Assembly (NCBI GenBank): GCA_977030845.1
Contig: OZ365109.1
Span: forward strand, 62,496,001 to 62,560,000
DNA: 64,000 nucleotides
Reading direction: 5' to 3'
Source: Fimbriosthenelais zetlandica
Lineage: Eukaryota
The notes under the pieces are model-generated. The model saw only the letters and a program-made list of their open reading frames with translations. It did no database searches and was not told the origin of the DNA. Positions 49,627 to 64,000 of the stretch are shown piece by piece. The position numbers and the translations under genes were made by a program. The number at the start of each line of letters is the position of its first letter. Within the stretch, counting starts at the first letter, position 1.

Positions 49627-51649
49627 CAACAGAGGGATAGTCCCTGCCCTAAAAGAGGAGTATGAACAGGGTGTTTGCATGGTATTCAAAAGCTTGCGGT
49701 GCCATTCACAAGGGTTCCATTCTCTTTAGCCCTCACTTATGAAAAAAAGTATTCTGCACTGCAGTATTTTGTCCTAGAATCTGACTAGAAAGTTCTAAAC
49801 AAGGATAACCTGGGTCAGAATTAGGTACCATTTAATTGGGCCGTCGCTCACGGGACATTCTTTGATTGCAGCAGATATCACATCTCCAATGATTCCTGGG
49901 TCCGGGCCTCCTAATACACCTTATTCAAAGAAGTTCCAGTGTTGGGTTACATGTGGCTGGAATTAGTGTGCGAAAGAACTGGAACTGAGCCCTCGGGGGG
50001 AAAGGTCACTTTTCTAAAGGCAGGCACGATGTGACAGTACCGTCGTAATGAGCGACGACCTTTCCAGGGTGGGAGTCAGTCATGTTCATAAAAAAAACCT
50101 ACACAGTAATTCATGAAAGAGACTGTTTTACGAATTGCACTTTCTCAACTATCGATATTCTGCCATTTTCACAATTTACAGGAGCTGCGACTATTTTTTA
50201 AGTTCATGTATATTTGCATGTTAGGACGGTTGACGGTTGATAGAATTAATATTTTGCTAGCTTTTATCTACTGTATATCTATAAAATAATATGCAGAGTT
50301 CAGTTGGATCAGTTAATTTAATATGTATGTACCATTTACTTTTCTCCGAACAACAGAGAACTGTCGCAAATGTATTGTACTACAAGGTATATTGTTTAAG
50401 TCCCGAGAATGCACAATTATATTAATCATGGGCTCTGTGCCTTAATATTATATCTGTGCATTCCACGCTGAGCCTTAACAGAGATGTCAGACATTAAAAA
50501 CCCTTGCTGTCGGTTTGAATTATTAGAAATTGCTAATGACTGAATCACGCTGCAAATCCAACCAATTACGTCAACACATTATAGGAGAATGACATTTTCT
50601 ACATTGCAGTAGTGGCCCACGTGGGCAGTAAAATGCATTATTGTATTTGTACGAAATATGATTCATTAACACTAAGCTGTCATTTTCCATTTGTGTAACG
50701 GAGTAATTATCAGCTACATGTTTCATCAAAATTCAAGAATCTCGATCAATTATGTACATGATTAACACATTAGTGAGGGTATGAGGATTCATTAAATTTA
50801 TTTTGATTAAATTTTACCTGCCTTCATTGAAATGTGATATGCCTTTCATAATTTATATTAATAAAAGTCTTATGAGGTTTCTACGGTATAGAAGGCAAAA
50901 TTAATTAATTATCCTGTTCCTAAAGGTGGCTTCATTAAGCAGCTTAAGGCGTATTTCCACATCTCCAGTAATTGGTCTTAATACTCTGTCATAAGATCTT
51001 TTGGCGGATGACGTGTTTCTTATATGAAATCGTTACACGGAATTGGTATATATGTGTCTGATTTCATGGGCCTGATAGGCTTACCAAGGCAGGATTAGGG
51101 ACTTGATACGGGGACTTGAAGCTGACCCGTGTGGCTAATGACCACACACTAATGACCCATGTTAAGTCATGACCAACTGCAAGAGGAACATAATGTTCAC
51201 GTGCCTGTTTCATAACAAATGCCATGCTACTGTATAGCAGATTTTTCTGAGGTGTCCAGATTTCATAATAAAAGTATAATTAAATTTATAACCGATTTAA
51301 AACCTAAAGACCATATTTGTTCAAAGGTGAAGGTGGTATTGCGCTTCAGAGCTTTGTATTCTTAAAGCATAACTTATGAATATTGCAATATCAATCATTG
51401 GATGGACATTGATCAATAATTTCCTTGTTATATAATAAACCACAAAAAAATACAATGACCTCAGCTTTCATACGCACCTTTTATCGCACCTATTTCACTG
51501 TAACGAAATATACATTTAAGGGAACATATTCCTTTTCCATATTAAAACCTTCCAAAACTTATAAGAATAAAATAGGTAGGCCTATAATTTAATAATCTAT
51601 ATCATGCTCTAATCTGTTAGTATGTAGAATATTGAGAACATTTTTTTGT

Positions 51650-51900
51650 CATAAATATCCCAGTTTTTCAACACTGCCAATCGAGAGACAGGATTATACT
51701 ATTTACATCCCTATATGCCGGTGTATAATTCCAAATTTCCCTTTCCTTATAGGGACGGGGGATACCGCTCGCCAGCTGCTATACGCAGCATCTTCTTTTG
51801 CTGCCAATTGGCCGGTGGAGTGGATCATCCCATTGGGTGGCTTACTGTTTGTGGGCAGAAATTCATCCATGCATAAATACATGTAGCACTTTGCAGGGCG
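51650..51900 (+). mobile_element. Possible decayed PIF/Harbinger DDE transposase fragment
   Basis: IPNFPFLIG / DGGY / PL at 51727-51770 gives LIGDGGYPL after restoring two single-base deletions (cf. Harbinger L.GD.GYPL). Downstream QKF.HA....CRA weakly resembles Q..FN..LSRAR. Confidence 0.28.
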
Positions 51901-54175
51901 TAAGATCTGCCAACAATAGGCCATTCTGATGGCTCATTCTGGTGGGCCAGGGGCGTGTTGCAGAAGATATATGAACTACATAGAGCCACACACTTACAGT
52001 ACCATTGGCTAAATGTATCAAGCAACTCAATGATGAAACAGACTACAGATTATAGTCAGCTAGAGGCTTGTTCTACTTCTCTAGGCCTTGTGTAAGTGAG
52101 AATATAATGCTGTTCTGATTGTACATTATATCTAGTGCTTAAGACCAGTCATTGCTTCTTCTTCCATCATCATTGTCATCACAGCCTTCATGGGGAGATA
52201 TTCACTTAAGAGTTATTCAAGGCTCAGAATGCCTTTCAGATTCCAGGCTTCATTCTAGGTCCCCATTTTCAAAATTTCTTTCTTGCAAATAAAAAGGCCA
52301 ATTTATCCCATTATAGGTTTTAGAGCAGAAATACGAGTATAACTTTTTAGCAAGTCATCTGGATTTACTTTAGATTGATATCACGCAAACAATAATTGTG
52401 GTGGATATAGTCTAGTCAAATCGGCCCCAGTTAGGCCTCTGTAGGCCTGCAAGGTATACCAAAACCCTAATCAGGGCCCCACACTAAGAAGGAAAAAGAC
52501 TCAAACACGTAGACGTCTTTCCATGCTGATTTCTCAATAATCTCCCCATTGACGTTGTATTTTTTCCGCGTGAAATGATTTAAACATTGCTTATAAAGGA
52601 TCCTATGCCATTTTTAAGAAATTTATCAGAAGCAAAAGATGAAAAATTGACGAAATAAAACTGTTAATATTTAACTACTATTTACTACTAGGACGACGGT
52701 TCTCGAACACAACCAATATAATCCATGGGGTACTTCCAACTAAACTGGGTGTGCATGTTCGTGCTCAATGTTCACCGTCTTACTCTTCCTCAGCATTTTA
52801 TGTTCAAAAAGACATCCTTTTAAAGACATTTATTAAACAAGGTGAAGTTACTGTACTAAAAGCAACATTATAAAGCATCCATAGCAGATATGAAAAGTAA
52901 CAATTTGATTTAATAGGGCATTCATTACATAAAACAAATCGTTTTCTTTAATAAAATATAGGGCCTAATATTAATTTTTCTAAAATTTTGCAACAAATCA
53001 CCTCCCAAGGAGTAGCCTTAAATTTCTCACATTTTACTAAATTAATGCACCTTCGCGTGTCCTTGACATAGAGCCCGGGTATAGACTATATATTAATTAT
53101 AGGCATCCACTTTGCTTTCAAGTACCTTGCCCCTACTCCCATACCCGGCGCCTCTTCAAACCGTGACCACTGATCTGTGAAAATTCCATTCAAACAATTA
53201 TAACTCAGTGATTGGGTATCAACAACTTCCATAGCCTACAGCTTATTTTGCCTGGTCAACATAGAGAAAAAACATTGGGTCATTCAGTTAGGGTAAAACC
53301 ACCACAGCATATATACGCCATAGACTTCCCATTCGCACACTGGACTACCCTGAACAAGAATAGGATCTTTCAATGAAATTCTTCACTGAATGATTTATCC
53401 CCATTTCTTTTACAATTGCACGACGGTACGTCTATATTTGCAACAAGGATCTACACAATGTTTTTTTACTGCCATGCATCTTGTAAACCTGCTATTACTA
53501 TATCCCTATAATACACATTAAATTAAATTTCAGTCACACACAATTTTCGACAATGTTATAAACAATTAACCATGCCTATACAATCTCTTTTTCCCTTTTC
53601 TAGGCCTATTCTAACTCCACTCATTCATTTGACATTGCTCTAATATGATCTATTTAATTCAAGATAGTCTTTTTCCTATATATCGTATGGTTTACGAAAA
53701 AACAAAATCTAAAGTCTCCGTTGTATATGAACAATTTAAATCTTCAGTTGCATTTTATTTTTTAAAGAGGAGGCACTGTAATCATTGTTTTTTTAACTCA
53801 CTTTCCATGGTCAATATCCACACATTGATTCCCTATATAATTGTCATATTCACTTAACCCACAGCAAATCTATTGCCTTTGCGTTTGATGACAATTATGT
53901 TACGAGACATTGTTATACCTACCAATGTCAGGGCCTGCATTTACAAATAAGTTACTGATATTTGTTCCAGTTACTTGGCCAGTTACTTGGCCTAACGGGT
54001 GACAGAAAAGATTATAATTAATTGTTTTGCATAAGTACTTTTGATAATTAGCAGATGGAAATATAGGAATGAGTTGATTTGGTTGGTTTAATGAAATTCA
54101 GAAATGTTTCTCTTTTACCTATCATATTTAGGTTAGAATATACAGCCTATACTCATTGAGGTTTAATGATGTGGT

Positions 54176-54250
54176 CTTATCTCCTTCTCTCTTTCCCCAC
54201 CCTCTTCCCCTCCCCCTCCCCCCTTCCCCCTCCTCCCCCTTTCCCCTCTC
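54176..54250. other. C/T-rich low-complexity tract
   Basis: Runs of CCCCT/CCTCT. This explains the Pro-rich start of ORF 54156-54554. Confidence 0.85.
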
Positions 54251-57200
54251 TACCTGCACCATCCCTATGTGTTTCACAACTTCTCAGTATGATCTCTGCT
54301 TCTTACTTCACATATTCTGTACTACTCTCTTGACCGCCTCTGATGACTATATTGTATGTGCCTTCAACTACTTAACCCTCAGTCTCACAACCTTTTCTAT
54401 ATATGAATTTAGTTCTGATATTCATGATCATTATCATACATATAAAATGCCATTCATGTTCATAACTCAGCAGTCATCATTGTACCATTGGAATTGTATT
54501 GGCCAGAATTTGATTGCTAACAAATCCCTGGTACATTGCCCATGTCAGCAATGATTAAAATTAGTTGTCAAAATGTTTCTAAATAAATGTGAAGCGTTTT
54601 CACGAAATGAGTATAAAGTTTTCCAGGCCCTTTCAGCGCTACATGCCTGAAAGCATTTATTTCTCTTTGCATTTTTGCATTAAAAGCAAGTATACAATTT
54701 CTGAGTTAAATTGAGAAAGTTTCAACTTTGTGAGTTTTCTCTTGTTTCCTAGTGATTTTTCTTCTAGTTTCTGCTTTCACTACTTGAAATTTCATTGAAA
54801 TTATATAAATATTTTTCACATCTCTAAGTGTTATTTTGTCATTATATATATCATTATAACACTTGTAATCTCTATAAGAATCTAACATCTAACTCAAAAT
54901 CCATTTTTGTAACTTTAGATTCATTAAAGAAAACATGTCACAAATGTCTGCTCACACAAAACCCTACAGGTATGCACATGAGCGATACCGCCAGGTTCGC
55001 GTAGCTGTGCATACCACCAATTCCCCAAAACACCACTTCTTTTCACATTTTATTATAATTTGCCTCCATAGACACACACACGAAATAGCCTATGTCAATG
55101 GCTTCAGTTTGAAGTTCCACTGGTTAAGGATCTTGTTTTGTAGATTAAATAAGGTATATTGGCAGGTCTACATTGGTAAATTTTCACATGTGTCACAAGT
55201 ACACAACAAACTTTAGGCCTACTATTGTAATATTTTGTCTGGTGGTAATTCATGTTTGGAAATGGTCATTGCTTGTAGAATATGGAATCCACCATCATTA
55301 TGCAGCATTATGTACCATGGGACTTCTTGGGTATGCCTAGTACTATGTTTCTATCAAACATTTGCCCCACTTGGATTTTTTTTCAAAAATAGACATGTAG
55401 AGATTCTAGTAGGCCTACTCAATAGACCTATATTATACAGGATTTGTATAAAACGATTTGAAAATGCTTTCTTCAATGGGCCAACAGAGTAGTTATGGTT
55501 TTCGGTTTCTTTATTTTGCATAATCAGCTGTCAGTTTATTATTCAGATCTATACAGATAGATCGACAAGCTCCTGTAACTGGACTGCCACCCTATTACCC
55601 TTGGTTGCATGAAGTGGGAGATTCATTGTGTCCTATATTGTTGGGCCATTACTTTAAGTACCTCCACCTGTTGCAAAATAATTGGACATAGGCCTTAGAT
55701 GAGAGTTTATAACTGTATAATAAGAAGATCCCAGTATCTCTAGGTGCAGAATCCTTTGTGCATGGGTGTTAACCCCATCCCATGTCCTTCCCCATGTCTG
55801 ACCAGTCACAATAAACACCAAGGTATCTATAGGTTCCACAGGCCTATTATGCTGGACGACTACATCATCAGCACAACTATACATGTGACATGTAATGTAT
55901 AGTTTAATCCAAAGCTTTTGACACGAAACTGTCACTTGCTCCTGTCAATTTGCTTCACTATTCAGGACTAAATCAACCCAAATAACTGTCCAGCAGAACT
56001 CTGATAGTTTGATTTCCGGTGCTTTTAAGACCAACAAAGCATGCCATCCCAGTCAACTACATATATAGTCGGGACCCATCGAGCCATCTGTGGTCACATA
56101 CATTTTGCTTGGTAACAGAAAGGAATTTAATTAAAATATCTACAAATATTTTTGGAAAGACCACAAAGTCTATGGGATTAGCTTCAAGTTATATTTAAGC
56201 CCTTTTGTGATGAATGGGTATCTCGTCCGATCGAGGCAAGAATTGGGTTAGTATATCCAAGGCTGAAACAGCGTGACATCTATATAATGGGACTTGGAGC
56301 AAATCATGAAACATTAAACATACGAATGATGGTCAGAGATTGGTATTGGATGGAACATTGGTGACTCAGACATCCTGACAGGGTGATTTTTAATGCTTAT
56401 TTTTGCAATTTTTTGCGCATTACCAATTACATAATTATCCATATACATGTTGATTTGATTTAGATCACCAAAAATGACTGGTGCATTATGCAATCTTGGC
56501 ACGGCATGGTATTAAGTACAACCCTGCTGTAATCCCACAATTTAAATAAACATTGGGGTTTTTATCGTGGGGTATTCAAGGATGTCATTCCGAACCAAAT
56601 GATGTCATGACCTCGATAATTTTTTTGCTCTGTCAGAAATTGTCCAATGGTCTAAACCCATGATATAATCATCCCCTGCCGTGAACTTGTAATGAACGTT
56701 TTAAATATTATTCGTGTGATTTTGTTATTACACTCTGAATTTTGCAGGTTATCGAAGGGATCGATGGTGATTGATGGAATTGTCAATCCCGGTCAGAGGC
56801 ATGCATGTTACAAAACGAATATTATCCATAGACTTAGTATAGCTAATTTTCCTTTTGAAACGGGCTCCGACACTTCTTTATAAACATAACAATGTACATT
56901 TTGAAAACCATTTTCGCCATGTTGTGCTATGGCCATGTCCAATTCTTTATTTTAAATAAAGGCATCTATAAAAATAAATCTGCTAGAATGTAATATTATA
57001 GAAATCAAGTTGGCAATCTATATAATATTATGTATATACATGTATACTTGATATGCCTATAATAGTATATAAAATGAAATTAAGGAAACAGTGACTGGAC
57101 TTTTAAAACTTGAATTTCCTGAGGAAAACAGTTATTCTAAAATACCATACTTAGTTTTGTTAGGGAGGAGTTCAGTTAAGGTTACTTTGTACAATGAGGA

Positions 57201-60200
57201 GGGACTTCAAAGTGTGGAACATTCCATTAGTCCAGTTTCCCTTACAGACTTTACCTTATTTTTTGACGGAAATGTCACCGGATGTACATGATAGTCCTTT
57301 GTGACCAATAATAAGGTGTCAGGTGAAAAAAGCTGGGGAAAAGTCCGAGAGTTATTCTTTCTACTTTTTCTACTAGATGCCTCCCTTCTTGGAAACATCA
57401 TTGTTTGATAGGTAATTGTTGAAAACAGGCCTTCATAGAAAAAAAATGCAGATTTTCTTGTGTGCGAAAAGCTTTCACCAGAAATTTGTAGCCATCGTTT
57501 GTATGGAACGTTAGAAATTTCAACATTATTTTCTACATAGAATACGGTTTCTATGTTACCCCCCAAAATATAAGATTGTACATAATTATGCCTGTATATA
57601 TCCATGCACATACAGCACTTCCTTCAGTGTGTCACTTCGGGACTGGTAGAAATGATAACTATCTGGTACACACATTCCACTAAATCTATAGGCTACAATA
57701 ATAATGTTGTGGTCAACTGTGTTACAGGACTAGAGGAACTTGAGATCCTAAGCAAGCTTGCCAGCATTGAAAACCCGTTGTAAATGACATTTGCTCAGAG
57801 CCTTAAAGGAAATGACTGCTCACTCTGCAGCGGAAGCTTCTGAATTTACATACCCGCAACACCTGCTTACCTAGGCTGTAGTGTCCTATACAGGTTAGGC
57901 CTAGAATATGCAGTAACTATAGCTTCACCTATAGAGATCATTGAATATGATAATTTAAATCTGGGGTTTTAGCTTGTCGGACTTATTTCCCTAGCAAGAG
58001 GCAACACAAAAAGCAAGATCCCAATTGAGGACAACAGAAAAATGGTAAAGATTTCATACTGTAAAGTATGGAAGTTAAAGGTCTAAGCTTGACAGTTCAG
58101 TATCATTATTATTATACTGAATGATATATAGTGGACATATCAAGATTCCTTTTGAAATGGGCCAAAGCTACGTCTATGGCTAATATTCGTGTTGTGACAG
58201 ACCCCTGGCAGGTGTTTCAGATGCGCGTACATCGAAGTTGAAATAGATACAATGTTTCAATAATTATGGGCTGCATTTCAATCGTGGAAAGCTAACATTT
58301 ATCCCAAGCGACCCTCATGTATCCTATTAAGGGTCAGACAGGCCTCTGTCCGCCCATTCAGAGTTCATCAGATGTAAAGATATTCTGCAAACCTGCGTAT
58401 GTGTTCCCCATGGCGATTCCGGCACTGAAATGCACACAACCAAGGGAGTGCGATTGAATTCCAAGGCCCAAAGCAAGCAAACAAACAAAATTGAGTTGTA
58501 GGTTCTGTGCGCATCATGGACCTCCCAATACATGCATTCTTCTGGTTGGGCTTAACCAACGAGGAATCCCATAGCGAACATGGGTGACTGATGCTTCTTT
58601 AGGTTGTACACATTGCTGACACTAAATAATGTGGTCTGAAATTCAGCACTCGGGGTCACCCAATCTCTACAAGGCAAAATGTGTACTGCTGATGAAAAAA
58701 ACATAGAAATCAGCATGACATCAAACTTATGTGTTCGGGAAATGTTCCTATTTAAATTTGATACACCGTCCCTCAAGACCAAAAAAAAACACCCTACAGT
58801 TTTCCTTCTCATGAATGGAAAAATTAGAATGTTAGGTAAAATGAAGTTAGTAAAATGAAAGTAGTAAAGAAAAAGCCTGTAATCCAGATAATATTCAGTT
58901 TTAAATATATGCAATCTCTCCATACTGGGATGCAGGCACGACGTACGATTAATCATACATTATGTTAGATTCTATACTTTACTTCTGATCTGTCCATAAT
59001 AATTCTTCATCATGAACAAAAGTACATTTATTTATAAAGCTACAGCAGGCAGCTGCAATGAACCAGAGATGGTGCTAAGTCTCTCCGTACTGTCAGTAGA
59101 TAGTGATTGATCAAGAATTTGTCCTTACCTCGATGCTCTGTCCACAGAATATATCTCAGTTTTTTGCATTAATTTAAAATGAAGCTTCTTGCCATGTAAA
59201 AGCGGCAGTGTTATTGCTTGCAGTGTTTTGCCCAGTGTTAAAATGGATCACCAATAGCCAAATTATTGGATGTTTGCCACTTTGATTGATTGAGTGTTGG
59301 GAAGATGGATGTAAAGTAATTGGATTGGGTGCTATTTTTCATTAGGCTACATGCAAGTTTATATTATATCTATCTGTTTCTCAAGGATCATTAAAATTAT
59401 ATATTCCTCTTTTCCCAAGGTGACCGAAAGAACGGAGTATCAATGTTATAACATGTATACAAACCTATTGCTCTTTTCTATAGTATAAAACACCTCCATA
59501 CACCCATGTTATCTATCTGATATCGTGACCTTTGACCTTGGGTCAGAGGTGCTCTATTATACATCAGTAAATAATTTCTATGGCAAATCATGGTTCATTT
59601 TCAGTCTACCGATCATCTATGGTAGGCAGGATCCGGCCATTTCTCAGGGGGATGTCAGGCGACCCTCTAAACTAGCTGATCTTAGAAAGAACGAACCCAG
59701 GAGAAAGAACCCTTACCACAGTCTCTACCATAGAATCAGTATAATATACAATAATTCTGTACATGCCTTACAAACAAGTGCATTTTTAGAGAAAGAATTA
59801 TATAATATATTTTATATATTTACAATGGCCAAAATAAGAAAGTAATAATAATGAATACTAAATTAATAAAATGATGAATTAGAAAACATCATTGACGACT
59901 TCACTGGCGTTTTCTATATAGCTCTTGTTCCAAGGTAGGCTAAATATTATTCCATCCCAGATACTTTAAAGCTGGACTAACTAGGGAAGCCTAAATGTCC
60001 ATCACTTTTTAAAATGAGTTAATTTGGAGCTCGCCTGATGTTGTATTGATGCAGTTTCAGATTCTCAATGGGTCTTTATGCAGGAATATGGTGCATGGTA
60101 GTCAGTGTCTGAATATTTTGAAACACAATAAGAATTCCTAAATCTTTTATGTTTCAAAACAGTATTTGGTTCAAGTTTCGTTCCATATTGTTTTTAGGAC

Positions 60201-60439
60201 AATGTTATTGTGTTGTGTTCATTGAGACACTGTTGAACACGTCATTTAAATCAAAAGTTGTTGCCATAACAATGTTATCAGTGTTCAACACTTCTGACTT
60301 TCTGAGTGAGAAGCTCTTTTGCTGCTGCCCACAAAAGGGAGATGCATTTACCACAAATGCTTTTGCCATCTCTCCCGACCTTTTTCCTTATCAAATGGGT
60401 GTTTTTTGTAGTTGCCCCTGGTGTTTAGGGGTCAGGGAT

Positions 60440-60810
60440 TGCATGCAGAATGACATGTGTCCAGGACAATAGATGGTCCTTTCTTGTGTAGTTCCCTGCG
60501 TGTTATCACCATGTACCTATCAGAGCTCGGTCCTGATGGAAGGGGGTTTTAAGAGATACACCCAAAACATGGCTGAGAATGGAACATGATCAAGATGCTC
60601 CAACCTGCTGTATTTCATGCACGAGTCTTGTTCCAATGAATCCATTCACTTAGATGCTTGTCCGGAAGGGCCATGGCAGGTTGGACACTTGAACAAATGG
60701 CATCGACTAAGGCTGCTGACATTAAGGGCCTTTTACACGGAGAAATATCTCAATTTTCTCCAGCAGAAGTGTTTCCTAGTGTGCCACTGCCAGGGAATCT
60801 TGCTATTATA
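60440..60810 (+). mobile_element. Possible decayed DIRS/Ngaro RT C-terminus / RNase H fragment
   Basis: MCPGQ, then ENGT, then LDACPEG...LRLLTLRA...FLQQKCFLVCHCQGI. These loosely echo CV.PGR, WNG.S, TDAS and LEL...L.NK.ILV.CDNQ. Confidence 0.22.
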
Positions 60811-61560
60811 GATTCTGAGGAAATCAGAGACAGAGAGGGAATACTAATATATGAAGGATAAAAAGAGAAGAAAAGGACATTATGTAGAAAGATGACTCTA
60901 TGTCAGCAATTAGATCCTTTCTGATGATCTCGCAGCTAAAACATAATTATTTGAATGGGACGTCATTCTTTAAAAGGCGATCGTCTATGTTAGGAAAGCC
61001 TTGATCATTGCCAATTAACTTCACGGATGGGGCTTGTCATATCACTTCGTGAACAACACAACTTTGACAGTTCTGTTCAAGTTAATTAGGCTCACTATAA
61101 TGCAATTTCCATCTCAATTCCAGACAAGATAATTTCCAGAAGTAAAATATGACTGCGACAGGCTTTGAAGATCTCAGCAGTCTTAATTACACATGTCAGC
61201 TTCCCATGGGAGAAAGAGGGGTTTAATTTCACTGTCATCTTTGTAATAATCCCGTATGATAAGAGAAAATCTGTAAAATGAGAAGATGACCCTACAAAGT
61301 GCCTTATTATCGCTCAAAGACATCAGCTTGGTCGTGATGATTACCCAGCTCAAACAGAAGAGGAATCCATGGCAACCATATGCATACGTTACCTAAGCTA
61401 CATATGTATTGTTTTCTGGGGATATTCAATAAGTTATAGTTAGTTTTAATATGGATCCAGGCGTATAAATTAAAATCATTAACCAAAAATACTCCACGAC
61501 CTATATAATATTATGTGTATCTTTGCATTGTAAATATCTATGTATTTACATATGGAAATT

Positions 61561-62182
61561 TTATTCTTACCTAATGGCATCAAAATTATTGGAAGTCACT
61601 TCAGAACCCCCTAAAACCCGCGTGGGACGATTTGAAGGCATTTGGGAACGACAAAAAAATTCAGCATTTTTGGTCATTTTCGACACCCCCGGGGCTTACT
61701 CGAAAAGCCAGATTTCCCAACATTACAGAGTCAATTATTCCTACCCAATTGCATCAAAAATCATTGGAAGCCACTTCACAACGCCCTAAAACCCGCATGA
61801 GATGATTTGAAGGCATTTGGGAACGAAAAAAAAAATCAGCATTTTTGGTCATTTTCGACACCCCCGGGGCTTACTCGAAAGGCCAGATTTCCCAACATTG
61901 AAGGTTCAATTATTCCTTCCCAACTGCATGAAAAATCATTAGAAGCCATTCCACAACCCCTTAAAACCCACATAGGAAGGCCAGATTTCCCAACATTGAA
62001 AGTTCAATTATTCCTACATAATTGCATCAAAAATCATTGGAAGCCAATCTACAACCCCCTAAAACCCATATGGGATGATTTGAAGGCATTTGGGAACGAA
62101 AAAAAAATTAATCATTTTTGGTCATTTTCGACACACCCGGGGCTTACTGGAAAGGCCAGATTTCCAAACATTGAAGGTTCAA
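61561..62182. repeat. Satellite array, ~175-bp unit, ~3.6 copies
   Basis: Unit starts (TTATTC) at 61561, 61735, 61910 and 62008. The third copy is 98 bp and internally deleted. ORFs 61523-61789 and 61807-62247 are by-products of the repeat. Confidence 0.95.
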
Positions 62183-63371
62183 AATATATAGCTGGGTGTA
62201 AATTGGCAGGAGAAAAATTGAATTGGCAGTGTGTACATGCAGGCTAATAGTTAAGCACAGAGAGGGGAAATGGTATGAAATAGCCATCTATGTCCTATGA
62301 TAAATGTCGAGCTTGATAGGCGCCTGGAATATTGCTTCTTAGCACAACCTGATAGCCATCAAAATGTCTTCTCCATCCATAATTAATGGACCTTTTGTAT
62401 CCAAGGTCACCATGGCAAGAATCGGATGTATCCATCCATCTTCTATAACTAAGCCTGATTACTACTGATTTCCACAAGGTCAAGCTATCATAGATCTATG
62501 TCAATTTAGTGCTACAGTGCGATAAATTTATAAATTATTCACATGCCATAGGTTTCGCTGGACAACTTTACTGTTTTAGGGGAATAAAGTGTGTTATAGC
62601 ACAACACAATAGATGTAAACAAATATAAACTAATATGGTAACAGCTGTATTGTTTTCAGTCCTGTTTTGAAAATCCCAGCTTGAAATAAAGGTATCTAGT
62701 AACCTGTGATGCTGTGGAAAAAAGGGCCGAGAAGGACCAAAAGCACGCCATATGACAGATGAGAAGGGTCTGACCAGGCCCTTATCCACAGAGTCCCAGG
62801 GGCTACTCAAAGGAATTGTCACACTTTCAGTGGTGGCAAACCACGTAAGGTCATGCTACTGTGGCCCCTTTGACCCTCACCTTTCAATATGGGAATATTG
62901 TATTGTATCACTCACCAAGGTGTTGTTTAGATCTCGGGGGTTATATTATATTTATGATGGAGTCTAGCTATTGAAGACGGGATCGCCTTTGAACGCTTGC
63001 GTGATTTGACAACATGGTATGCTTGGGAATAAAACTAAATGTCCCAGGAGTTCCCGCAGAAAGTTTCCCAAAGCTTTATGCACGGAAATGACTCGGCAGC
63101 TTTCCTAACACTTTCCCCTTGGCCTTTGTATCAGTAACTTAAATAGTATTATGCGAATAAATACGGTTACAAAACACATTGACATTTGACAATTTTGTCT
63201 TTCTTATATTATGTAGTTCAAACTTAAGGTCATCAAGGTCACAATGTTAAGGGGCCTTATGCCATAATATGTATGCTACATAATTATGAATTCAGGCCCG
63301 TTACGGTAGTCCTGGTAGATGCCCAATTTGTGTACAAAGTCGTTAGAGATATCCATAAGATATACATGTCT

Positions 63372-63650
63372 TGCAATTAATGCAAAGCTTCATGTGCACG
63401 AATCACTGCAAGAATCACCAGGCAATGATCCCTGGTAGGTATCCAACTAATGTACCAGGTCTTTTGAGATATCCATTAGATATTCATGACTTGCAATTCA
63501 TGGCAATGATCCCTGGTAGATATCCAACTAATGTACCATGTCTTTGGAGGAATCCACTAGAAATTCATGACTTGCAATTCATACCCATGTTTTCCAATGC
63601 CTTCCCACACAGGAGGGGACTGGGTTAAATACCCAGTCACTTACCCAGTC
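63372..63650 (-). repeat. Dispersed repeat family, copy C (reverse of copy A) with its own 81-bp duplication
   Basis: GGCAATGATCCCTGGTAG...CATGACTTGCAATTCA starts at 63421 and 63502. It matches 46738-46900 and the reverse complement of 26200-26500. Confidence 0.9.
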
Positions 63651-64000
63651 ACAAGGACATTACGTCGTTTTCTCTATGGCCCACAATTTTCGAAATGGTT
63701 ACCCCCAAGATATATACCTGTATACTTAGGTCTATGCCTATAAATGACGTTGACGGGCACTGAGCCAAATTTTGTCTTTAACTTATGTTCCTGAAACCAT
63801 TTCTTCACTTATGTTTGCGTTCACATTTGTCATTATTTCCAGATATCAACCACAAATACGTGACGCAAAATGCCTTTATCGCCTGCGAGAAAGGCCATTT
63901 CATTAATTTCTTTTGTATTATATTTATATAGCTCAATCATAAAGGCCATTATCAACAAGCACGTAGGTAACTTCGTGGTGAACCTATACCTATAGAATTA

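Noticed and set aside
55654-55935. RT-like MYSCADDVVV
   Set aside because: Two extra residues break YADD, the spacing to a YLG-like motif is off, and there is no other support.
1-64000. ORF-track entries as protein-coding genes
   Set aside because: All are 146 aa or shorter, many begin at non-ATG codons, they overlap in conflicting frames, and the longest derive from repeats or low-complexity tracts. None matches a complete recognisable protein.

Overview
This is eukaryotic, AT-rich, CpG-poor DNA. It is most likely intergenic or intronic sequence from a marine invertebrate, which I infer from base composition and repeat style. I find no intact protein-coding gene, rRNA, tRNA or CRISPR array. 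Every ORF in the track is 146 aa or shorter and looks like chance or a fragment of decayed mobile-element coding sequence. The window reads as a transposon graveyard plus tandem repeats. It holds several stop- and frameshift-riddled remnants resembling tyrosine-recombinase retrotransposons (DIRS/Ngaro), a possible L1/Tx1-type RT fragment, weak PIF/Harbinger-like fragments and a MITE nested in another MITE. It also holds a dispersed repeat family in three places, tandem arrays with about 16, 21, 105 and 175 bp units, microsatellites, and two isolated perfect 35-36 bp palindromes. Repeat and palindrome calls are read directly from the sequence. Protein-family calls on decayed elements come from by-eye motif matching, not database searches, so they are low-to-moderate confidence. 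I did not find convincing evidence of a new biological system.
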